From: a virus | Taxonomy: Duplodnaviria; Heunggongvirae; Uroviricota; Caudoviricetes | Virus record (IMG/VR): IMGVR_UViG_2778261657_000002 | DNA: 16,393 nt | Direction: 5' to 3' (one strand) | Part shown: positions 8,124-15,532 of the stretch, piece by piece | Layout: each line of letters begins with the position of its first letter | How positions within the stretch are numbered: the stretch's first letter is position 1 | Notes under the pieces: generated by a model | What the model saw: only the letters and a program-made list of their open reading frames with translations | What the model was told of the DNA's origin: nothing | Databases searched by the model: none | Program-made: the position numbers and the translations under genes

Positions 8124-8330
8124 ATGGATCTTTTGGAGGCGTCGGCACAGCTGGAACGCATTGAGTTATTGGCCAAAATTGCCCATATTTACGAAAGTAA
8201 CCAGAGAGAGAAAACAATCGCTTTGGCCTGGATTGGAGAGCTTGCGGGAGAGGTTCGCGAAATGGTAAAAAAGGAAGGGCAACGCCCCCAGAATGGGGGC
8301 ATTTTAGGCGGCGGGGGGCATTTTCAGTAG
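8124..8330 (+). CDS. Small ORF downstream of the LexA box; candidate Tum-like SOS-inducible antirepressor
   Basis: 68-aa ORF (MDLLEASAQLERIELLAKIAHIYESNQREKTIALAWIGELAGEVREMVKK...) with a balanced, helical-looking composition and a GGGGG stretch 5 nt upstream of the ATG. Position after gene A and behind a LexA box parallels tum of phage 186. The function is inferred from context only. Confidence 0.4.
   Translation: MDLLEASAQLERIELLAKIAHIYESNQREKTIALAWIGELAGEVREMVKKEGQRPQNGGILGGGGHFQ
8262..8300 (-). terminator. Candidate intrinsic terminator for the minus-strand late operon
   Basis: On the minus strand, immediately after the ogr stop: GCCCCC-attct-GGGGGC hairpin, then gttGCCCttcc and a TTTTTT run. 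The T-run is not directly adjacent to the main stem, so this is tentative. Confidence 0.35.
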
Positions 8331-8627
8331 GTCTAATGCCATCTGGCGCTGATCGGGTGAAAGTGCATTCAGTATTTTTTGCACCATCGCATCACCCGTT
8401 TTAGCGCTGGGGCTGAGAGTGTGGGAGAACGTCAGATTCATAACAAACGTGTGGCCACACTCAACATCTGAACAGGCGCAGTAAATATCCGCAATCTGCC
8501 GGTGCTTCCGGTTCGTTTTACGAATAACAGCCTTTGAGCCGCATTCCGGGCATTCGATTTTCAGAACTCGCATATTCCATGCTCCAGCTGTTAAATGATG
8601 CCTGGATTTTAGCCTGTTTCGCCTCAT
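8304..8627 (-). CDS. ogr: Ogr/Delta-family zinc-finger late-gene transcription activator
   Basis: Contains C-P-x-C ... Y-C-x-C-x4-C-x2-T-F (ECPECGSKAV...IYCACSDVECGHTF), matching the Cys pattern I recall for P2 Ogr and 186 B. The ATG overlaps the portal stop (ATGA). An internal Met (MRVLKIECPEC, start at 8573) is an alternative start. Confidence 0.8.
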   Translation of the reverse strand: MRRNRLKSRHHLTAGAWNMRVLKIECPECGSKAVIRKTNRKHRQIADIYCACSDVECGHTFVMNLTFSHTLSPSAKTGDAMVQKILNALSPDQRQMALDLLKMPPAA

Positions 8628-9685
8628 GCCGCACCCTTATCCGTTGATTCTGTGTAACTTAAATCAAAGTTAAGGTGTAGCCTTTTCGGTATTTCGGGAT
8701 CGCCGTTAACGGCCAGCATGAAACGGCGCTGGATGGGGGCTATTTCGCTTTTCTTGTAAATGCGTTCAGCCTTTTCAACATCCCCCAGTCCGGCAGTGTT
8801 CTGCGGGACAATACCGGCGAGGCCAGCAGGGAAACGGTGCGCGTTCAGAATGTCCTGGGCGCTGATGTTTTTGATATTGGCAAATTCATCTTTTGCAGAA
8901 ATATCCCCCATTTCGATGAACTTGATTGCATCCCCATCCCCGCCTGGTATGTTCACCAGAATAGTGGAGAAGTTACCGATACCTTTGCTGTCACGCAGCT
9001 GCTGTTCAATTTCTTCTTCCATTTCATCCGTCATACTGGGATCGCGGGTATAAAGAATACCGCCTGTGTGCGCACCGTTGTGGTAATAGCGGCGTCGGAA
9101 AATGACCGCTTCACTGTTAAGTAACGCGGAATGCACACCGCCGATGTAGTCTGGCAGTCCGTAGATATGCTGTTGCGGGTCATACATTTTGATAAAGATA
9201 ATATCTTCTTCTGGCCATACCTGCGGTTCCCCTTCCTGTAACACCACGTAGTCACCGGGTTTATCCTGGGCGTTATCTCTGACTTTGCGGCGGCGAATAT
9301 ACAGACCGGGCAAGGGTTCAAGTGCGATCACGTCGCCCCAGCCGTTACGAATTTTGGCAATCGCAATATCCCCAAAGGTTATATAGTCAAACGCTGCCGC
9401 TTCCAGCTGGTCGTGAATAAGCCCGCCCCCCTGATAGTCTGAAACAATCATGTTTTTACGGGCGTGAATGATGCCGCCGTGCTGACCGTTAAGATTAATC
9501 AGTTGTGCGAGTGCCAGCCGGTCAATCGGCTGGGTGAAGTGATCGGCGGCATTGTCGTACCAGATATCACGGTAATCTGTGCCGGTAGTCAGAACCGGTT
9601 CAGGTTTGCCGAATGTGATAATGCTCATCTTTTTTGATTTGTCGCCGCGCTGGTCGCGCTTAACAAAGCGTTTCTTTTTACTCAT
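8624..9685 (-). CDS. Q: Portal protein (gpQ-like)
   Basis: 353 aa (P2 gpQ is about 344 aa). It lies immediately downstream of, and overlaps by ATGA, the terminase large subunit gene, and is divergent from the scaffold and capsid genes, as in P2. Confidence 0.85.
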   Translation of the reverse strand: MSKKKRFVKRDQRGDKSKKMSIITFGKPEPVLTTGTDYRDIWYDNAADHFTQPIDRLALAQLINLNGQHGGIIHARKNMIVSDYQGGGLIHDQLEAAAFDYITFGDIAIAKIRNGWGDVIALEPLPGLYIRRRKVRDNAQDKPGDYVVLQEGEPQVWPEEDIIFIKMYDPQQHIYGLPDYIGGVHSALLNSEAVIFRRRYYHNGAHTGGILYTRDPSMTDEMEEEIEQQLRDSKGIGNFSTILVNIPGGDGDAIKFIEMGDISAKDEFANIKNISAQDILNAHRFPAGLAGIVPQNTAGLGDVEKAERIYKKSEIAPIQRRFMLAVNGDPEIPKRLHLNFDLSYTESTDKGAA

Positions 9686-11457
9686 GCTGCCTCTTTCCTT
9701 ACACCCCAGCGGGATTTCGGTTTGTTTTCATAGTTAAGGGGTTCGTTATGCAGACCGTGGGTAATCGCCCAGAATGCCTCTGCGTGGCCGGTATCCTGGC
9801 TGCGGTCAGCGACAAACGTCATGGTGTTGCCGCTTTGTGTGGTGGTTCGGCGCACAGACATAAAGCTGGCGGCGATCTCTTTCATATTTTTATCCCACTC
9901 AATACGCTGGCTTTCCACCACGTCCACCGCTTTCAGTACCAGCTTATTTTTTGTGTTCAGGTCGTAACGAATGGGGACGGCCACGCGCATGGCAAAATGC
10001 TGAATGTTGTCAAAAACACCCTGGCCAATGCCGGTAACGTCCACCCCCAGATAAGTGAAGTTGTATTTTTTGAACAACTGCTCGATCTGTTTTGCCTGGT
10101 ACCGGAAGTTCATGCCTTTCCAGTAAATCACCTTCAGAACGCGGAACTTCTCCACGGCGAGCATCGGTGGGGCGATGATGACAAAACAGGACAAATCCCC
10201 GCTGCGAGCCGGGTCAAAGCCACCCCACACTGGCCTGTCACCGAATGGCCGCGCTGCATCAGGGTTGTGATCCTGCCAGGTGTCGATTTCAACTCCGCAG
10301 GCTTCCAGGTCGGAAAAGCTGAAAACGGAGTCTTTGCTGTCAACGAACACGCACATATAGAGCATGTTAAAAGTGGCGTCGTTGTAGCGGTTGCGAAGTT
10401 TCTCGATGTTCGCCAGGTTGAAACCGCCCGTAATGGCATCTTCCATCGTAATGACGTAGCGCCATTGCCCATCCGGGCAGAGTCGCCCGCCGTCACGCAT
10501 TTCGTTAAAAGACGGAAACTTAATGGCCGCACGTTTTTTACTGCCCTGTTTCCACTCATCGCCCGTCCAGAACGGGTAAGCCTGGTGCGTTTTTGCTGAT
10601 GGCGTTGAAAAATAGGTGGTACGCCACTTGTCATGTGTGGCCATTGCGCTGGCCACTTCGTTAAGTTTTGCAAAGTTTGGCACCCAGAAATATTCGTCAC
10701 AGTACAGGTGGCCACTGTAGGACTGGGCGGTGTTTTTGTTGGTGGAGAGAAAACGCAGTTCTGCGCCGTTGCTTAAGCGGATCGGGTTGCCGGTCAGCGT
10801 AATACCGAAATACTGCTCTGCAATATTCACGATGTAAGACCGGAACACTTCAGCCTGAGCCTTTGACGCTGACAGAAAGATTTGCGGAGCGCCGGTCATC
10901 ACCGCGTTTTCAAACGCTTCAAACGCAAAATACCAGGTCGCACCGATCTGGCGGCTTTTCAGGATGTTCCTGACAAGCTGGCCAATGTTATTGCGCAGGT
11001 GTTTCTGATATTCAAAAAGATGTTCCTCAGCCCATGCGTCAAAGTCCTCCTGCGTCAGCGAGGTAATATCGTTTTTCTTGTATTTCCGTTTACTGCGCGG
11101 TTCGTCGTCATTGTTGTCTCGTGCAGCTGCTTGCCCGGAACTCTGACCGCTGGCCATTTTCTCTTTGTGTTTATTACTCTGCGCACGCAGTTTCGTGGCA
11201 TGAGCAATGAGCATGTCCATTTCTTTCAGGTCTAGATCGGTTTTGTTATCGCGGCTGGCCAGCAGCTGGTAACGGCGTTCAATTGCTTCCTCTGTGCTTT
11301 CAAAACTGAGCAAATCCGCCCAGCTGTATTTCTCCGCCCAGTAGTAAACGATCCGCGCATTCGGCAGATTTAATTCAGATGCGATTTCCTTTGGCGTATA
11401 GCGGCGCAGATAAAGTGCGCGAACAACGCCTTTTAATTCTTCAGAGTATTTAGCCAT
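9682..11457 (-). CDS. P: Terminase large (ATPase) subunit (gpP-like)
   Basis: 591 aa (P2 gpP is about 590 aa). Terminase-type deviant Walker A (KSRQIGAT, compare T4 gp17 SRQLGKT). First gene of the leftward late operon. Confidence 0.9.
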   Translation of the reverse strand: MAKYSEELKGVVRALYLRRYTPKEIASELNLPNARIVYYWAEKYSWADLLSFESTEEAIERRYQLLASRDNKTDLDLKEMDMLIAHATKLRAQSNKHKEKMASGQSSGQAAARDNNDDEPRSKRKYKKNDITSLTQEDFDAWAEEHLFEYQKHLRNNIGQLVRNILKSRQIGATWYFAFEAFENAVMTGAPQIFLSASKAQAEVFRSYIVNIAEQYFGITLTGNPIRLSNGAELRFLSTNKNTAQSYSGHLYCDEYFWVPNFAKLNEVASAMATHDKWRTTYFSTPSAKTHQAYPFWTGDEWKQGSKKRAAIKFPSFNEMRDGGRLCPDGQWRYVITMEDAITGGFNLANIEKLRNRYNDATFNMLYMCVFVDSKDSVFSFSDLEACGVEIDTWQDHNPDAARPFGDRPVWGGFDPARSGDLSCFVIIAPPMLAVEKFRVLKVIYWKGMNFRYQAKQIEQLFKKYNFTYLGVDVTGIGQGVFDNIQHFAMRVAVPIRYDLNTKNKLVLKAVDVVESQRIEWDKNMKEIAASFMSVRRTTTQSGNTMTFVADRSQDTGHAEAFWAITHGLHNEPLNYENKPKSRWGVRKEAA

Positions 11458-11619
11458 ACGGATAATTATGCCGTGGTTGTGATGAAAAAACGGTGGTGTT
11501 AATTCGTGTCTGTTCGGTAAAGCGTTATAACCGAACTGTTCAGAATAAAGCGTAATGCAGTGGCGGTTTTATTTGGCAATAATTGAGTTCGCAGGGTCAG
11601 TGAATAAATCAGGGGGGAT
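11458..11619. promoter_or_regulatory. Divergent late promoter region between P and O
   Basis: Intergenic region between divergently transcribed terminase and scaffold genes, where P2 has its Ogr-dependent late promoters. Contains the inverted repeat GTTCGGT-N11-ACCGAAC (11512..11536). I could not find the exact TGT-N12-ACA spacing I recall for P2 late promoters. Confidence 0.4.
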
Positions 11620-12420
11620 ATGTCGCATTTAAAAACTGACTGGCTGTGTGTTGCCACAGAAGGCGATACGGTTGATGGCAGGGTCATGGAACGGCAATGG
11701 ATTATTGACATGGGGGAAACCTATGATGTCACCAATTATGCCGCACTAATCTGGCCTGAACATGAACGATATGCCGGTAATTTTGGCGAAGTGCTAAAGG
11801 CGATGTGGCAGGACGGGGAAGATGGGCTGGCACGATTATATGTGAGCCTGTGTCCTAACAAGCGCCTGTTGTATGCCAATGATGAAGGGCAATTGCTTTA
11901 TTTCTCTGTTGAGCCAGAACTTAACTGGCGCGGAGGTGAGCGAACGTATCTGGGCGGACTGGCCGTAACGGACAATCCCGCCAGTGTGGGCACTACACGG
12001 TTGCGCTTTAGTCGGCGCAGACTATCAAAACAGGGATATTACAGTTGCGTAATTTCCCGTGACGGAAAAATTAAGCAGGAAGAACTGATGAAAAAAACCT
12101 GGCACCATTTATTTGGCATTAAGCCAAAGTTTGAAAGCGAAGGTCAGCAGGATGATACGCAGCAGGGTGATGATAAATTGCAGGCGCTTGCGAATGCTGT
12201 TAACGATCTGGAAGCGCGAGTGGGGGCAATTGAAACACAACTGAGCACTGTTCAGGAAGATGTGGATACTATTGTTGAAGTTGTGGACACGGAAGAGTTT
12301 GCGGCCATTCGTGATAATGCGAAAGAAATCGTAACCCGTTTTAACGATCTGGATAATAAGAATACCCGCTCACCGGGGCGTAAAATTTCAGAAAAAGCCG
12401 GGAAATATAATTTTCTGTAA
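11620..12420 (+). CDS. O: Capsid scaffolding protein (gpO-like)
   Basis: 266 aa. The segments TEGDTVDGRVM and YLGGLAVTDNPASVGTT match what I recall of P2 gpO (GDTCDGRVI, YLVGLAVTDDPASLGT). AGGGGGG ribosome-binding site. Confidence 0.85.
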   Translation: MSHLKTDWLCVATEGDTVDGRVMERQWIIDMGETYDVTNYAALIWPEHERYAGNFGEVLKAMWQDGEDGLARLYVSLCPNKRLLYANDEGQLLYFSVEPELNWRGGERTYLGGLAVTDNPASVGTTRLRFSRRRLSKQGYYSCVISRDGKIKQEELMKKTWHHLFGIKPKFESEGQQDDTQQGDDKLQALANAVNDLEARVGAIETQLSTVQEDVDTIVEVVDTEEFAAIRDNAKEIVTRFNDLDNKNTRSPGRKISEKAGKYNFL

Positions 12421-12483
12421 TTCGCTTTAACGCTGATTAGCCCAGAATAAATTTTATATATCGCTTAATTGCGAGGGAGTTTT

Positions 12484-14532
12484 ATGCACCTTAATAATCG
12501 TGCGCGGGATTTACTGGATAAATATTCGGCGGGGATGGCGCAGCATTTTGGCGCACGTGATACCAGTCGTTATTTTTCCCTGAATGACCCGCAGGAAAAT
12601 GCGCTGCGTCTTGCGTTGCTGGAGTCCGTCGAGTTCCTGAACATGATCACCTGTCTGGATGTTGACCAGCTGAGTGGTCAGGTGATTTCTGTCGGTTCTT
12701 CCGTGCTGCATACCGGCCGCAGTGAGAATGGCCGTTTTATTCGTCGTGTGGGTGTTGACGGTAATGACTATTCGCTGGTTGAGACAGACAGCTGCGCCGC
12801 GTTGCGCTGGGATCTGCTTTCGGTTTGGGCAAATGCGGGTAAGGATGAAAACGAGTTTTTCAATCTTGTCCAGGCATTCACCACACAGGCTTTTGCACTG
12901 GATATGCTGCGTATTGGTTTTAATGGTAAAAGCCGCGCAAAAACCACTGACCCGGAAGCCAACCCGAACGGCGAGGATGTGAACGTTGGCTGGCATGAGC
13001 GTATGAAAACGCTGCTGGGCGGCAATCAGATTATGACCGATCCCGTGGTGCTCGATGAGGCCGGGGATTACAAGTCACTGGATGCAATGGCGTCCGATCT
13101 GATTAACGCCAAAATCCCGGCGCAGTTCCGCAATGACCCGCGTCTGGTTGTCCTTGTCGGTGCCGATCTGGTCGCTGCTGAACAGTACCGACTGTATCAG
13201 GCAGCTGACCGTCCGACTGAAAAAATTGCTGCGCAGATGCTGGGGAGCACCATTGCTGGCCGTCAGGCCATTATCCAGGATTACATCTGGTACCAGTTAC
13301 CTGATGGTTCGCTTTACGTCGGCGGCGTAGAAAAGTCATTGTTTGCCGGTCGTCCAGTAGAAATCCCGTCAGAGTTCAGCCAGGGGGCTGCTGGCGGTAA
13401 CTCTGTGACATTACCAGTGATCCAGACTATACGGCCAGGGGTGGAGATGAACGGTGAACGCGTGACTAAAGTTCACCTGACTAATGACACGATGGCGATC
13501 ACATGGACGCCGAGAAACCGCGCAACGGGTAAACCTTTGCAGAAAACACCAGCGCAACGGCAGATTGAAAGCCATTACCCGGAACTGGCATCCGGGCTTC
13601 ATTTGCCAAAGATGGCCAGAGTCGTGGCGCATTCAGAGCCGGTAAAAAGCGGTAACTTTGCCGATCCCTTCCGGCCACGTTACGCCGTGGACGTGCAGCT
13701 GCTTGACGCAGACGGAAATCCGGACAATCAGACGCCTGTTTATTCAGCGGTGCCGCTGCCGGTACCAATGGCCGGGAATGATTCAGGTATGTTTCAGTTC
13801 CCGCCAGAAGGGACGCTGGTTGAGGTCGCATTCACAGGAGGCAGACCGGATAAACCTTTTATCAGGCAGACGCTGCCGAATGGTACCAGTCTGCCGGACG
13901 TTAAACCCGGTGAGCAATTGCAGCAGCAGCGGGAAGAAGTATCCCAGAGGGTGACTCTGGCGGGTGACTGGGTAAGGCAGACCGATCAGACCATCAGTGA
14001 AACATCGATGGTGCGAACGGTAAAAGCAGATACAGAACAACGTGATCTGGTCAGTCGCGAAACCACGGTTAAAGCCACGGATAAAACCATTGTGGTGGGG
14101 ACCGCCACCCTGCTAGCCGGAGCCTTTCAGCAGGTCAGTGCCGGGGATTTTAGCCAGGCCGTGAAAGGTAACAGGCTGGCCAGCATTGAAGGAAACGAAG
14201 AAACGGACATAGCAGGACAGCAGTCCATTAAAGTGGGCGGTGCTGTAGCCGTGGAGGTTGGCGAAAGCCTGACAGAGAAGATTGCCGCGCTGCGTAAATC
14301 AGTGGCCGCTGGCGGTCAGCAGGTCATGGGGGAAACAGTCCATATTGGCAGTGAGAATATCAACGCCCTGACCATGATGCTGGACACTATTGATTTACTG
14401 GCAGAACTGGCGCTGCAATGCGCGAACCATTCACACCCCACCGTTGGGACTCCAACCAATGCCGCCGCGTTCACACAGACGGCGACGAAAGCCGGGCAGA
14501 CCCGGAGCAAGTACCAGAACATCATTGCCTGA
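12484..14532 (+). CDS. Chimeric ORF: N-terminal gpN-like major capsid region fused in frame to a C-terminal gpV-like baseplate spike region
   Basis: About 682 aa from the ATG at 12484 (GAGGGAG ribosome-binding site), roughly twice the size of P2 gpN (about 357 aa). The N-terminal third to half has capsid-like segments (GFNGKSRAKTTDPEANP...VGW, GDYKSLDAM, DPRLVVLVGADL). The C-terminal part has an OB-fold-like segment (FPPEGTLVEVAFTGGRPDKPF) and a terminal HxH motif (CANHSHPTVG) like the iron-binding spike tip of gpV-type proteins. No stop codon or frameshift separates the two parts. Confidence 0.6.
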   Translation: MHLNNRARDLLDKYSAGMAQHFGARDTSRYFSLNDPQENALRLALLESVEFLNMITCLDVDQLSGQVISVGSSVLHTGRSENGRFIRRVGVDGNDYSLVETDSCAALRWDLLSVWANAGKDENEFFNLVQAFTTQAFALDMLRIGFNGKSRAKTTDPEANPNGEDVNVGWHERMKTLLGGNQIMTDPVVLDEAGDYKSLDAMASDLINAKIPAQFRNDPRLVVLVGADLVAAEQYRLYQAADRPTEKIAAQMLGSTIAGRQAIIQDYIWYQLPDGSLYVGGVEKSLFAGRPVEIPSEFSQGAAGGNSVTLPVIQTIRPGVEMNGERVTKVHLTNDTMAITWTPRNRATGKPLQKTPAQRQIESHYPELASGLHLPKMARVVAHSEPVKSGNFADPFRPRYAVDVQLLDADGNPDNQTPVYSAVPLPVPMAGNDSGMFQFPPEGTLVEVAFTGGRPDKPFIRQTLPNGTSLPDVKPGEQLQQQREEVSQRVTLAGDWVRQTDQTISETSMVRTVKADTEQRDLVSRETTVKATDKTIVVGTATLLAGAFQQVSAGDFSQAVKGNRLASIEGNEETDIAGQQSIKVGGAVAVEVGESLTEKIAALRKSVAAGGQQVMGETVHIGSENINALTMMLDTIDLLAELALQCANHSHPTVGTPTNAAAFTQTATKAGQTRSKYQNIIA

Positions 14533-14622
14533 CCATTCCAGACAGCCCACAAAACGCGGGGTTTGTCGTTTTCTCAGTTCCTTGATAGGATTATTGCATA
14601 CTCAAATGATAGGAATAGGGAT

Positions 14623-14955
14623 ATGAAAAATTTCATTATATTAGCTGTAGGAGCAGCAGTTTCATTCAATGTGTTTGCGGCTGAGGTTGTTTATGTGCCA
14701 ACAGATACGAAGGCTAGTTACACGATTTTAGATAAGACTCGCGACGGCAGCATGGCTACTATAACAACCGAAAGAAAGGGGCCGTCTGGAACATCATATT
14801 CAAAGCGGCTGTACGACTGTACTGCCGGGACAGTTAAATATCTTGGAGACGGTGAGACCATCGAGCAGATGAATAACTCGGCACCAGATCCAAATATGGC
14901 CCCTATAGTTGACCGCTCAATTGCATACTACATTGGACAAAAAGCCTGTCAGTAA
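14623..14955 (+). CDS. Small exported protein of unknown function (110 aa with a signal peptide)
   Basis: N-terminal MKNFIILAVGAAVSFNVFA-AEV is a typical Sec signal peptide with an AXA-like cleavage site. Two cysteines in the mature part, AGGAA-type ribosome-binding site, followed by a strong intrinsic terminator. GC content is lower than in the phage genes. The ORF track's longer form starts at 14563, but the signal peptide begins at M21. Confidence 0.6.
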   Translation: MKNFIILAVGAAVSFNVFAAEVVYVPTDTKASYTILDKTRDGSMATITTERKGPSGTSYSKRLYDCTAGTVKYLGDGETIEQMNNSAPDPNMAPIVDRSIAYYIGQKACQ

Positions 14956-14995
14956 CTACGTTCTTATATCGGTTGATATGAATTGAACACACCTT

Positions 14996-15020
14996 AACCC
15001 GCATTGTGCGGGTTTTTTTG
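14996..15020 (+). terminator. Rho-independent terminator
   Basis: AACCCGCA-ttg-TGCGGGTT hairpin followed directly by TTTTTTT, 40 nt after the stop of the exported-protein ORF. Confidence 0.75.
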
Positions 15021-15532
15021 TACCCACCACCAGACCGCACAGAACGCTCTCAGCAGGCGGGACAACACTAGGGTAACCACTGCGACACCGCAATAAGATC
15101 AAATTCACAGCGACGCTCTGAGGTAGCCACATGCAGACAAAATAAATCTTTCGCAGACAAAAACGGCACTACACCGCACCCGCCTGCGGTTTCTGGATCG
15201 ATAAATTTTTTCAGTTTTATTTTTCTACAAACCAGACTGTCATCTCGCGCCAGCACTGGTGGCTTTGCGGAAAACCCAAACTGAAAAGATTGAAAAGAAT
15301 TTCAGTGTTTATCAGTTTTTCGTGGGGATAAGGTTGTTGTGAGTATTCTATCTTTATGATTTATATATATTATTTTTATTTTCTTTGATGTTATATCGAA
15401 GTCGTGTTTCAGCCTGATTTATTGAACTGATTGATTTTATGGCAATTTACCATATAGATGGCTTGGATTTTATTGCAATAAATCATAAAATAGATCATTC
15501 AAAAATCAATCATTCTTTATGCTAGGTATCTT

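Larger units (their letters stand above)
297..14532. mobile_element. P2/186-family prophage remnant (int-cI-apl-cII-early genes-A-ogr-Q-P-O-N'), apparently truncated on the right
   Basis: Gene order and orientation match P2/186-like phages (int and cI leftward, apl-cII rightward, gpA replication gene, divergent P-Q and O-N capsid operons). No small terminase, lysis or tail genes are present, and base composition changes after about 14532. The left limit is set only by the integrase stop; the att sites could not be identified. Confidence 0.85.

Noticed and set aside
8017-8268. 83-aa plus-strand ORF overlapping the LexA box and the Tum-like ORF in another frame
   Set aside because: GTG start, Trp/Arg-rich low-complexity product (WIFWRRRHSWNALSYW), and it would place the LexA-like box inside coding sequence; the 8124..8330 frame gives a more protein-like product.
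9748-10715. Long antisense ORFs (283 aa plus-strand, 193 aa minus-strand out of frame) within the terminase gene
   Set aside because: The terminase frame carries the ATPase motif and the correct size and synteny; the alternatives are Arg/His/Pro-rich shadow frames.
12511-13025. Minus-strand ORFs of 161 and 85 aa, and several short plus-strand ORFs between 12722 and 13954, inside the capsid/spike chimera
   Set aside because: All are in alternative frames with biased composition; the main frame is continuous and carries the recognisable motifs.
15068-15256. 62-aa minus-strand ORF in the intergenic region before the DprA-like gene
   Set aside because: No ribosome-binding site, overlaps the hairpin and repeat structures, and its composition looks non-coding; more likely non-coding regulatory DNA.
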